Shown in pieces: positions 10,982 to 19,561 of a stretch of 64,000 nt of DNA. Within the stretch, counting starts at the first letter, position 1. Every line of letters starts with the position of its first letter. The notes beneath the pieces are model-generated. The model was not told where the DNA came from. It searched no databases and saw only the letters and a list, made by a program, of their open reading frames with translations. The DNA is from an uncultured Bacteroidales bacterium. Lineage in GTDB: Bacteria > Bacteroidota > Bacteroidia > Bacteroidales > FEN-979. The stretch is taken from contig CAIWXI010000156.1 of NCBI GenBank assembly GCA_903916595.1, positions 13,461 to 77,460 of the forward strand, given 5' to 3'. A program made the translations under genes and the position numbers.

Positions 10982-11868
10982 TCAGGGTTCATTTTGGATA
11001 ATAAAATGTCAAACTCTTCCTCTGAATTAAAGTGGATAAGGATACTGCCTTTGCCTTTACGTTGCAGATGTATCTCGACTTCCGACTGCAGCTTGCCGCT
11101 GATTGTGTCTTTGGCTTTCTGATAATGATAAGGGAGCAGTTTGGGTCCCGGGCGTACGCTGGGTTTGGCTGGCCTGAGGTGGTCCCTTACCAGGTCTTCC
11201 ACCTGGCGTACCGATAGTTTCCGTTCAAGGATCTTCTGAAGAAGCTGTAATTGCTGTTTCTCGTCTTCGATGGTGACGAGGGCCCTGGCATGGCCCATGC
11301 TGATGATGCCATCCCTTACAGCCACCTGAATCTCAACGGGTAACTTGAGCAGGCGGATATAGTTGGAGACGGTGGAACGGTCTTTACCCACTTTCTGACC
11401 CAGGTCTTCCTGCCGTATACGGCATTCTTCAATAAGCCTCTGGAAACTCAAGGCAACCTCGAGGGGGTTCAGGTCCATCCTCTGGATGTTCTCAACGATG
11501 GCCATCTCGAGCATCTGCTCGTCGTTGGCGAGCCTTATAAATGCAGGGATCTCAGTGAGACCTGCAATCCTGGCGGCACGGTATCTTCTTTCTCCTGTGA
11601 TCAGCTGATACCGGTCGGGGCCTGTCTTCCGCACCGTGACCGGCTGTATAATACCCTGTTCCTGGATTGAGACAGCCAGCTCTGAAAGTTCTTTTTCCTC
11701 AAACTGCGACCTGGGCTGGAACGGGTTGGCCTCGATCTGGTCGAGTCCGATAGCCATAATCATATGATTTGAGTGTATGGCCGGCAGCTCGTCGCCCGCG
11801 AGTTCTGAAATGCCGCCCTCGAGCAAAGCGCTCAGACCTCTTCCCAATGCTTTCTTTTTCCCTTGCAT
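10978..11868 (-). CDS. parB: Chromosome partitioning protein ParB.
   Basis: ParB-box GERRYRAA, an HTH region with the motif QEDLGQKVGKDRSTVSNYIRLL, and a 4-nt overlap with the downstream gene. Confidence 0.93.
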   Translation of the reverse strand: MQGKKKALGRGLSALLEGGISELAGDELPAIHSNHMIMAIGLDQIEANPFQPRSQFEEKELSELAVSIQEQGIIQPVTVRKTGPDRYQLITGERRYRAARIAGLTEIPAFIRLANDEQMLEMAIVENIQRMDLNPLEVALSFQRLIEECRIRQEDLGQKVGKDRSTVSNYIRLLKLPVEIQVAVRDGIISMGHARALVTIEDEKQQLQLLQKILERKLSVRQVEDLVRDHLRPAKPSVRPGPKLLPYHYQKAKDTISGKLQSEVEIHLQRKGKGSILIHFNSEEEFDILLSKMNPE

Positions 11869-11869
11869 C

Positions 11870-12673
11870 TTACTGGCTTAAAACCTGTTCTGTCGTACTG
11901 TTAACGGGCTTTTTGTTGTTCTGCAAAATCTCGCGGGCCAGGTTCAGGTAGTTGATGGCGCCGGTACTGTTGATGTCGTGCATCATGATCGTCTGACCGA
12001 AACTCGGCGCTTCACCCAGCTTGGTGTTCCTGTTGATAATTGTCTGGAACACCATCTGCTGGAAATGAGTCTGCACTTCTTCAACGACCTGTTTCGACAG
12101 ATTCAGGCGGTTATCGTACATGGTAAGCAGAATACCTTCAATATCCAGGGCCGGGTTGAGGCGGGCCTGTACAATCTTAATCGTATTGAGAAGCTTTCCC
12201 AGACCCTCCAGAGCGAAATATTCACACTGAACCGGGATGATCACCGAATCGGCTGCCGTAAGGGCGTTTACCGTGATCAGGCCAAGCGATGGAGAACAGT
12301 CAATAATGATGTAGTCATAAGCCGTCCGCAGCTTTTCAATCACCCCCTTCATCACCTTCTCGCGGTTAGGCATCTGTATCATCTCAATCTCGGCTCCCAC
12401 CAGATCGATATGCGAAGGAAGCAGGTCGAGAAATGGAGTAGTACATTTCAGAATAATCGATATGGGATCAATATGGTCTATGATACATTCGTAAATGCTG
12501 TTTTCTATACTGCGAGGATCGAAACCAACACCCGAAGTGGCATTCGACTGGGGATCAGCATCGATTAGAAGCGTTCTGTTCTCCAGCACGGCAAGCCCCG
12601 CGGCAAGATTGATTGCCGTAGTGGTTTTGCCCACGCCTCCCTTCTGATTTGCAATAGCAATGACTTTCCCCAT
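11870..12673 (-). CDS. parA: Chromosome partitioning ATPase ParA/Soj.
   Basis: Deviant Walker A motif NQKGGVGKTTT. 267 aa, immediately upstream of parB. Confidence 0.94.
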   Translation of the reverse strand: MGKVIAIANQKGGVGKTTTAINLAAGLAVLENRTLLIDADPQSNATSGVGFDPRSIENSIYECIIDHIDPISIILKCTTPFLDLLPSHIDLVGAEIEMIQMPNREKVMKGVIEKLRTAYDYIIIDCSPSLGLITVNALTAADSVIIPVQCEYFALEGLGKLLNTIKIVQARLNPALDIEGILLTMYDNRLNLSKQVVEEVQTHFQQMVFQTIINRNTKLGEAPSFGQTIMMHDINSTGAINYLNLAREILQNNKKPVNSTTEQVLSQ

Positions 12674-12692
12674 AATGGTTTTATTCAGTCGG

Positions 12693-12700
12693 CAAATTTA
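12693..12700 (-). promoter_or_regulatory. Bacteroidota -7 promoter box (TAAATTTG on the minus strand) for parA.
   Basis: The plus strand reads CAAATTTA, which matches TAnnTTTG on the minus strand, 20 nt upstream of the parA ATG. Confidence 0.5.
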
Positions 12701-12738
12701 ACGTTTAATGCCTTGTGCTAAGGCGATGTTAATAAGTT

Positions 12739-13041
12739 TTAAGACTCCGTGCCTGGCTGTGGTTCAAGGCGCTCAGGGACCTTGCCGGTCTGGATAAACT
12801 CTACCGCGTCCTCAAACCCGTTGCGAAATTTTTCAAAGTCCTCCCTGTACAGAAAAAGTTTGTGCTTTTCGTAAAAAAACTTCCCCTCCTCATCAAGCTT
12901 GCGTTTGCTTTCTGTAATAGTAAGATAAGCCTCGCCCTCGGCAGTGTTCTTCACATCGAAAAAATAAGTTCGCTTTCCTGCCCTGATTGCCCTCGAGAAG
13001 ATCTCCTCTCTCTCTTTCCCTTTATTTTCAGTATCTTCCAT
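12739..13041 (-). CDS. DUF3276 / PUR-alpha-like nucleic-acid-binding protein.
   Basis: 100 aa containing the motif RAGKRTYFFDVKNT..G..YLTITESKR, characteristic of DUF3276. Confidence 0.7.
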   Translation of the reverse strand: MEDTENKGKEREEIFSRAIRAGKRTYFFDVKNTAEGEAYLTITESKRKLDEEGKFFYEKHKLFLYREDFEKFRNGFEDAVEFIQTGKVPERLEPQPGTES

Positions 13042-13127
13042 TGTAAACTGTTGTTTTATTAGGTTTTCACGATATTGAGTAAACGCAAAAATAAAAATAA
13101 TATTTGAAAACTATGGGGTTCTTTCTA

Positions 13128-13135
13128 TAGCTTTG
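13128..13135 (+). promoter_or_regulatory. -7 promoter box TAGCTTTG for nusB.
   Basis: Exact TAnnTTTG match 37 nt upstream of the nusB ATG. Confidence 0.45.
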
Positions 13136-13172
13136 TAAACGATTCTGAAACAAGACAGAGAATTCAAACAAA

Positions 13173-14135
13173 ATGCTGGGACGACGACATTACAGGGTAA
13201 AAGCTCTACAGGCTTTATATTCTTTTTTTCAGGGAGGTGAGACGCGCATCGAAATTGCCGGAAAAAACCTGCTGAAAAGCATAGAGATGGTATACCAGCT
13301 GCTATGCCTGCAGTACTCATTTCTATTCGAACTGATGCATTTCTATGAGTACAGGATGGAGGAGTCAAAGACAAAATTTTATCCTACTGCGGATGAGCTT
13401 AATCCCAGTCATAAACTTTTAAACAACCGCTTGCTTAAAATATTGCTTGCCAACCTTCCCCTGCAGAAGCAAATCGAACGCTGGGGTATCTCCTGGACCG
13501 AAGAGCAGGAACTGGTAAGAAAGACATACATGAAACTGAAAGGCTCGAAAGAACTTCAGGTATATCTGAATTCCGGTGAGGACTCATTTGAAGAGGACCG
13601 TAATTTCCTGATAAAATTTTTCAGAAAAAATGTGGCCAATAATGCTGATCTGAATTCTTTCTGCGAAGAAAAAAGCATCCACTGGCTCGATGACTTTGAT
13701 GTGGCATCAGGCTATGCCATTAAATCGCTGATGCTGTTGCCTGAGAATTTTTCGGAAAAAGAGGATATTTCTTCTCTTTTCACCAAAGACAGTGAAGATG
13801 ACGAAGCCGAAAGCATCAGGTTTATTACTGAGTTGTTCCGAAACACTGTTCTTCACAGTGAAGAATACGGGCAATTGATCAGCTCAAGGTCAAAAAACTG
13901 GGAGCTGGACAGGATTGCCCTTACCGATGTGATCATACTGAAGATGGCGCTTACCGAAATGCTTCATTTTCCGCAGATACCAGTCAAGGTGACCATTAAT
14001 GAATACATCGAGATCTCAAAGCATTTCAGTACACAGAAGTCAAAACAGTTCATCAACGGTATCCTTGACAAACTGCTGACCGATCTGAAAGAACAGGACC
14101 TGATAAAAAAGTCGGGCCGTGGACTTATACAATAG
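13173..14135 (+). CDS. nusB: Transcription antitermination factor NusB (long Bacteroidota form).
   Basis: N-terminal motif RR..R.KALQALY, and a C-terminal NusB fold signature (ALTE....P..V.INEYIE..K....S..FINGILDK). Confidence 0.85.
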   Translation: MLGRRHYRVKALQALYSFFQGGETRIEIAGKNLLKSIEMVYQLLCLQYSFLFELMHFYEYRMEESKTKFYPTADELNPSHKLLNNRLLKILLANLPLQKQIERWGISWTEEQELVRKTYMKLKGSKELQVYLNSGEDSFEEDRNFLIKFFRKNVANNADLNSFCEEKSIHWLDDFDVASGYAIKSLMLLPENFSEKEDISSLFTKDSEDDEAESIRFITELFRNTVLHSEEYGQLISSRSKNWELDRIALTDVIILKMALTEMLHFPQIPVKVTINEYIEISKHFSTQKSKQFINGILDKLLTDLKEQDLIKKSGRGLIQ

Positions 14136-14198
14136 TTTCTTTGGCTGAATAAAATATTTTATCCTGTTTTCCGTTTTAAAGCAAATCAAATCATCAAC

Positions 14199-15263
14199 GT
14201 GCACCGTCTTATACGCCTATTGTTTGTTTCCGCTCTTTTATTTGCAGTTGCACCAACCGCGTTATTTGCTCAAAGCGGGAACTCGGGTACCTATGAATTT
14301 CTCAACCTCACCAATTCGGCAAGAGTGGCTTCCATCGGGGGGAATTTTCTGCCTGTACGTGATAACGATATTACTGTAGCTCTGGCCAATCCTTCGGTAA
14401 TTACTGCCGAGATGAACAATAGTCTGGCTTTCAGTTTCGTCAATTACATGGCTGCTAACTATGGCTATGTAATGTTTGCCCATTCCTTTAATCAAGCCGG
14501 TAATTTCGCGGCTGCACTGCAGTTTGTTTCCTATGGCAGTTTTACCCGGGCCGATGCCAGCGGTACTATAACCGGTACTTTCTCGGCCTCTGAATATGCC
14601 CTGAACATTGGGTGGGGCCGACCTCTGAGCCGGAACTTCAACATAGGAGCCAATGCGAAAATCATCTACTCTTCACTCGACACATACCGTTCGTTAGGCA
14701 TCGCCGTGGATGTGGCCGGCACTTACACCTCCACCGACGAGGTATTCAATGCTTCGCTTATCTTCAGGAACATCGGCTATCAGATCATTCCCTATACAGC
14801 CGGCAATCATGAACCTCTGCCGTTTCAGATCCAGATCGGCCTGAGCGAGAAATTCAAGCATATTCCTCTTCGCTTCTATCAGCTGCTTACCGACCTTCAG
14901 AAATGGGACCTGACCTATTCCGATCCGAATAATCCGGCCACCCAGGCCGACCCTATCACCGGTCAGGTACAGACCAAATCGGGCATCAGCAAGTTCGCCG
15001 ATAATGCCATGCGGCATATAGTGCTTGGCGCCGAGATCACTATCGCGAAGATTTTTGCCATACGCCTGGGCTACAACTACCGCGACAGGCAGGAGATGAA
15101 GCTATACGGGAAAGCAGGGCTCGCGGGTTTTTCCCTGGGTTTCGGACTGAGGATAAAAATGTTCAACATAAGCTATACCCGCGCCAGCTTGCAGGCTGGC
15201 GGTCATAACCCAAACTATTTCACACTGGGGGTTAATCTTTCGGAATTCACCAGGAAGAAATAA
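14199..15263 (+). CDS. porQ: Type IX secretion system protein PorQ (outer-membrane beta-barrel).
   Basis: GTG start and a signal peptide. The motif YEFLNLTNSARVASIGG is typical of PorQ, and the sequence has alternating beta-strand character with a C-terminal aromatic residue. Confidence 0.7.
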   Translation: MHRLIRLLFVSALLFAVAPTALFAQSGNSGTYEFLNLTNSARVASIGGNFLPVRDNDITVALANPSVITAEMNNSLAFSFVNYMAANYGYVMFAHSFNQAGNFAAALQFVSYGSFTRADASGTITGTFSASEYALNIGWGRPLSRNFNIGANAKIIYSSLDTYRSLGIAVDVAGTYTSTDEVFNASLIFRNIGYQIIPYTAGNHEPLPFQIQIGLSEKFKHIPLRFYQLLTDLQKWDLTYSDPNNPATQADPITGQVQTKSGISKFADNAMRHIVLGAEITIAKIFAIRLGYNYRDRQEMKLYGKAGLAGFSLGFGLRIKMFNISYTRASLQAGGHNPNYFTLGVNLSEFTRKK

Positions 15264-15270
15264 GGAATCG

Positions 15271-15278
15271 TATCTTTG
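15271..15278 (+). promoter_or_regulatory. -7 promoter box TATCTTTG for recF.
   Basis: Exact TAnnTTTG match 19 nt upstream of the recF ATG. Confidence 0.5.
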
Positions 15279-15297
15279 GGGTTCTTATTTTCAGGAG

Positions 15298-16398
15298 ATG
15301 TTTCTTCATAAACTTTCACTCACCGATTTCAAGAACTACGGGCAGGCCGATCTGGTCTTTTCCGACAAGATCAATTGCTTCACGGGAAATAACGGGGTAG
15401 GCAAGACCAATCTCCTCGATGCCATCCATTATCTCTCGTTCTGTAAAAGTTTTTTTAATCCCGCCGATACTCAGAACATACGGCATAGCCAGGATTTTTT
15501 TGTTATTAATGGCAGCTTCAGACGCAAGGACGACAGCTCTGAACTGGTGCAGTGCATTCAGAAAAGGAACCAGCGCAAACGTTTCCTTCTGAATAAAAAA
15601 GAATATGAGCGCCTTGCCGACCATATCGGGAATTTTCCGCTGGTGATGATCTCGCCATACGACAGAGACCTGATCAATGAAGGCTCGGAGGTAAGACGCC
15701 GGTATATCGACAGCGTGATCTCACAGTTCGACAAATTATATCTCGATGACCTTATTCAGTATAACAAGGTTCTGATTCAAAGAAATGCCCTTCTGAAACT
15801 CTTTGCCGAACGGAATTTTTTCGATGCCTCCCAGCTTGAGATCTGGGATGTGCAGATGATCAGGCTGGGCCGGCTGCTGTTTGAAAAGCGCAGTCAGTTC
15901 CTCGAATCGTTCATCCCGATTTTTCAGCATTACTATACATACCTCAGCGGAGGTATCGAAAAGGTAAACATAGAATATGATTCCCAGCTTTGTAAAGGAG
16001 ACATGGAGGCTCTGATCAGGGAATGTCTGCCCCGCGACAGGTCGGCGCAGTTCTCTACGGTAGGGATCCATAAGGATGATATGGAGTTCAGCCTGGGAGG
16101 TTTCCAGGTGAAGAAATTCGGTTCCCAGGGCCAGCAGAAGTCGTTCGTGGTTGCCATAAAACTTGCTCAATTCGATTATACCCGGAATATCAAAGGGTAT
16201 AAGCCGATTTTACTGCTCGATGATGTGTTTGATAAACTCGACGATGAGAGAGTGCAGCAGCTTATAAGCCTGGTAAGCAATCATAATTTCGGACAGGTAT
16301 TTATCACCGACACCAGCGAAGACAGAATACGGCGAATTTTCGATGCCATGGATATAGATCACCGATTTTTTAGTCTTCCTTTAAAAGAAACTGTATGA
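15298..16398 (+). CDS. recF: DNA replication/repair protein RecF.
   Basis: Walker A GNNGVGKTNLLDA, signature motif SQGQQKS, and Walker B LLLDDVFDKLD. Confidence 0.95.
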   Translation: MFLHKLSLTDFKNYGQADLVFSDKINCFTGNNGVGKTNLLDAIHYLSFCKSFFNPADTQNIRHSQDFFVINGSFRRKDDSSELVQCIQKRNQRKRFLLNKKEYERLADHIGNFPLVMISPYDRDLINEGSEVRRRYIDSVISQFDKLYLDDLIQYNKVLIQRNALLKLFAERNFFDASQLEIWDVQMIRLGRLLFEKRSQFLESFIPIFQHYYTYLSGGIEKVNIEYDSQLCKGDMEALIRECLPRDRSAQFSTVGIHKDDMEFSLGGFQVKKFGSQGQQKSFVVAIKLAQFDYTRNIKGYKPILLLDDVFDKLDDERVQQLISLVSNHNFGQVFITDTSEDRIRRIFDAMDIDHRFFSLPLKETV

Positions 16399-16682
16399 GG
16401 TCCAACGACCGCCCTCTGCGGGATGTAGTGCAGGAGCTGCTTAAGAAATACAAGCTCGAAGATCATATCGGGGAAACCCGGATCATCGAAAACTGGGGAA
16501 AGACCGTGGGCCCAATGATTGCGGCTCATACAGGGAATCTTTCTGTAAAGAATCAGGTGTTGTATGTAACGGTCGATTCATCGGCGCTGCGACAGGAGTT
16601 GCTTTACAGAAAGGAATCTTTGCTTACGCTGCTGAATAAAGCCGCCGAAAGGGAACTTATCAAAGAAATAGTGTTCAGGTAA
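16395..16682 (+). CDS. DUF721 domain protein (recF-associated).
   Basis: 95 aa, overlaps the recF stop by 4 nt. This is the typical recF-DUF721 pairing. Confidence 0.7.
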   Translation: MRSNDRPLRDVVQELLKKYKLEDHIGETRIIENWGKTVGPMIAAHTGNLSVKNQVLYVTVDSSALRQELLYRKESLLTLLNKAAERELIKEIVFR

Positions 16683-16694
16683 ACAGAGCCGTGA

Positions 16695-17306
16695 CTATTT
16701 TATCCCGCACTTCAGAATTTTTTCCTCTTCAAGCCAGCCCTCAAGCACATCCCCGATCTTAACGGGCCCCACGCCGGCCGGTGTTCCTGTATAAATAAGG
16801 TCGCCTGTGCGCAAAGTCATAAAACGGGAAACATACGAGATAATATCTTCAAAGGAGTATATCATCAGCGAAGAATTTCCTTTCTGAACCGTGCTGCCGT
16901 TCAGGTTGAGGTGAAAACTGATGTTTCTTGTATCGCTGAACCTGCTCAGGGGAAAAAACCGGCTGATCGGGGCCGACTGGTCAAAGCCTTTGGCCGCGGC
17001 CCAGGGGAGTGACTTCTTTTTAGCATTTTCCTGCAGGTCCCTGGCGGTCATATCAAGACCCAGACCGATTTCGTCGCAGTATGTCATGGCGAACTGCTTC
17101 TGGATATGCTTCCCTACCTTGTTGATCTTAAGCACCAGCTCAAGCTCGTACTGTATATCGGTTGAAAAGGAAGGGTAATAAAAGGGACGGTTCCTGATGA
17201 GAAGGGCCGTGTCGGGTTTCAGGAAAAAAACAGGCTCTCCCGGAACCGCGTTGTTGAGTTCCCTTATATGATCAACATAATTGCGTCCGATGCAGATGAT
17301 TTTCAT
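16695..17306 (-). CDS. Fumarylacetoacetate hydrolase (FAH) family protein.
   Basis: The motif KIICIGRNY..H..E, the metal-binding E.EL pattern, and the C-terminal motif GDLIYTGTPAGVG. Confidence 0.85.
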   Translation of the reverse strand: MKIICIGRNYVDHIRELNNAVPGEPVFFLKPDTALLIRNRPFYYPSFSTDIQYELELVLKINKVGKHIQKQFAMTYCDEIGLGLDMTARDLQENAKKKSLPWAAAKGFDQSAPISRFFPLSRFSDTRNISFHLNLNGSTVQKGNSSLMIYSFEDIISYVSRFMTLRTGDLIYTGTPAGVGPVKIGDVLEGWLEEEKILKCGIK

Positions 17307-17313
17307 AAGATCT

Positions 17314-18144
17314 TCAGAATAGCTGTGTCTTAACCGATTCTTTATTAAACCCGCGAAGCTTTATGGCGGTTACCACTTTTTTGGTCGACAGCGGGAATTC
17401 GCTTTTCATGATCCAGTCGTAATACGAAGGTTCGTCTCTGAACACATCGCTCACGGCTTTGCCTTTATGCTTGCCAAAATTGAACACTTCAGCATTCTTA
17501 TCATTATAGATCACATGGCCTATCAGGTCAGCAGCGCGGTTGCTGAAGCTGAAATCGCTTAAGGCCTTGATGTCGTTTACCACCGGCTTCGTAATCACCC
17601 CTTTCTTATCCTTGAACTCGGTCTCGCTGTAACGGTCGAGCTGGGCTTTCAGAATCTCGTAAGTGGCCACGGTGTCGGCTTCGGCGCTATGCGCCATCTC
17701 AAGGTCCTTCTTGCAGTAAAACTTATACGCCGCGCTCAGGGTCCTGGGTTCCATCTTATGGAAGATGTTCTGGATGTCGACAAACCTGCGTCCTTTCAGC
17801 TCCAGATCAAGTCCGGCTCTCAGAAACTCTTCCACGATGAGTGGGATGTCGAAATGATTTGAGTTATAACCGGCAATGTCGCTGCCTTCCATAAACTCTA
17901 TCAGTTCGTGGGCAACCTGGGCAAATCTGGGGCAATCCTTTACATCTTCATCCCTGATGCCGTGAATTTCTGAAGACTCGGCGGGAATTGGAATCCCCGG
18001 GTTGATGCGCATGGTCTTGATTTTTTTCGAGCCGTCGGGGTTAACTCTCAGAAGGCATAATTCCACGATACGGTCCGTGGCAACTTTGATCCCTGTGGTT
18101 TCCAGGTCGAGGAACACAATAGGGCGGTTCAGGTTTAATTCCAT
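17314..18144 (-). CDS. DnaQ-like 3'-5' exonuclease domain protein.
   Basis: ExoI motif FLDLETTG, ExoII motif YNSNHFDIPL, and ExoIII motif HSAEADT. Confidence 0.85.
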   Translation of the reverse strand: MELNLNRPIVFLDLETTGIKVATDRIVELCLLRVNPDGSKKIKTMRINPGIPIPAESSEIHGIRDEDVKDCPRFAQVAHELIEFMEGSDIAGYNSNHFDIPLIVEEFLRAGLDLELKGRRFVDIQNIFHKMEPRTLSAAYKFYCKKDLEMAHSAEADTVATYEILKAQLDRYSETEFKDKKGVITKPVVNDIKALSDFSFSNRAADLIGHVIYNDKNAEVFNFGKHKGKAVSDVFRDEPSYYDWIMKSEFPLSTKKVVTAIKLRGFNKESVKTQLF

Positions 18145-18146
18145 AA

Positions 18147-19493
18147 TCAGATGGTCTGTGTGTTATCAAATTGTTCAAGGTAGTGTGCAAGCCTGTTTAG
18201 AAACTGTCCGCCCAGACCACCGTCGATAACCCTGTGGTCAAAGGTTACAGAGCCGATCATCATGGGCCTGATGGCAATCATGTCGCCTTCGGCCGTTTCA
18301 ATCACGACCGCACGTTTTTTAATGGCGCCTACAGCAATGATGGCTGTTTGGGGTTGGTTAATGATGGGCGTTCCCATGAGTGTTCCAAACGATCCCAGGT
18401 TGGTGAGCGATATAGTGCCCCCTGATATCTCATCAGGTACAAGTTTATTGACTCTGGCCCTGGCGGCAAGGTCGTTTACCGATTTTGCAATACCCAGAAG
18501 GTTCATATTCCCGGCGTTTCTGACCACCGGCACAATCAGATTCCCGCTGGGAAGCGCTACGGCCATACCAACGTTCACTTTTGAATGAACAAGGATCTTC
18601 ACGCCGTCGACCGAAACATTTACCATGGGAAAATCTCTAACCGCTTTGGCCATGGCTTCAATGAAAATGGGGGTAAAGGTGAGCTTTTCCCCGTATTTTT
18701 TCTGGAAACTGTCTTTGTTCTTCTCCCTCCATCCAACGATCCGGCTCATATCGATCTCGATGAAGGAAGTTACATGAGGAGAGGTCTGTACCGACCGTAC
18801 CATATGGCCTGCAATAAGCTGACGAACCCTGTCCATCTCCACGATCCGGTCTTCGCCAGGCGTAAATACAGGGATCACCGGAACGGGTTTTGCCGGCGCT
18901 GCCGAAGGTATTGCCTGGGGAGCTTCCCCGCGGTTTCTCCGGGCCAGATATTCGAGCAGATCCTGTTTCGTAAGCCGGTCTTCTGAACCGCTTGCAGAAA
19001 CCGAATCAAGTTCTTTTACCGAGATGCCTTCCTGCCTGGCAATACTTCTAACCAGGGGTGAATAATACCGCGATCCGGCTGGGGCTTCTTCGCTATGTAC
19101 TGCGCCTTGAGCCTCCACCGGCTTGTGGGCTATCACTTCCGGCTTAAGCGCTTCCGCGGCCGCTTTAAGCGTTTTTACTTCCGGCTTAAGCTCTTCCGCG
19201 GCCACTGCTAAAACAGGCATGGCTTTTGCAGTCAGTGTGGCCGACGTTTCAAGTGCCGTCACTATAACAGCAAATGCCTTGCCCACCGCAACCACATCGC
19301 CTTCATTAAATATCTTTTTAGCAAGTTTGCCGCCTGCCGTTGAAACGATCTCCGAATCAACTTTATCTGTCGCAATTTCAACCAGGGCTTCTTCGGCTTC
19401 CACCTGGTCCCCTTCGTTCTTAAGCCATCTGGTGATAGTGACCTCGATCACACTCTCACCTAACCTTGGAACAACAACTTCCACATCCGCCAT
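18147..19493 (-). CDS. Dihydrolipoamide acyltransferase (E2) of a 2-oxoacid dehydrogenase complex.
   Basis: Lipoyl domain with the motif IATDKV, a peripheral-subunit-binding motif (SPLVRSIA...G), and the catalytic motif DHRVIDG. Confidence 0.92.
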   Translation of the reverse strand: MADVEVVVPRLGESVIEVTITRWLKNEGDQVEAEEALVEIATDKVDSEIVSTAGGKLAKKIFNEGDVVAVGKAFAVIVTALETSATLTAKAMPVLAVAAEELKPEVKTLKAAAEALKPEVIAHKPVEAQGAVHSEEAPAGSRYYSPLVRSIARQEGISVKELDSVSASGSEDRLTKQDLLEYLARRNRGEAPQAIPSAAPAKPVPVIPVFTPGEDRIVEMDRVRQLIAGHMVRSVQTSPHVTSFIEIDMSRIVGWREKNKDSFQKKYGEKLTFTPIFIEAMAKAVRDFPMVNVSVDGVKILVHSKVNVGMAVALPSGNLIVPVVRNAGNMNLLGIAKSVNDLAARARVNKLVPDEISGGTISLTNLGSFGTLMGTPIINQPQTAIIAVGAIKKRAVVIETAEGDMIAIRPMMIGSVTFDHRVIDGGLGGQFLNRLAHYLEQFDNTQTI

Positions 19494-19513
19494 ATGATTT
19501 ATTTATTGTTATG

Positions 19514-19521
19514 CAAAGCTA
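19514..19521 (-). promoter_or_regulatory. -7 promoter box (TAGCTTTG on the minus strand) for the E2 gene.
   Basis: The plus strand reads CAAAGCTA, 20 nt upstream of the ATG at 19493. Confidence 0.5.
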
Positions 19522-19561
19522 CGGAATAATATTATTATTTAAAATCATTCAAAATAAAAAA

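Noticed and set aside
12674-12738. Search for a parS site (TGTTTCACGTGAAACA) near parAB.
   Set aside because: No match was seen by eye in the parAB flanks, so no claim is made.
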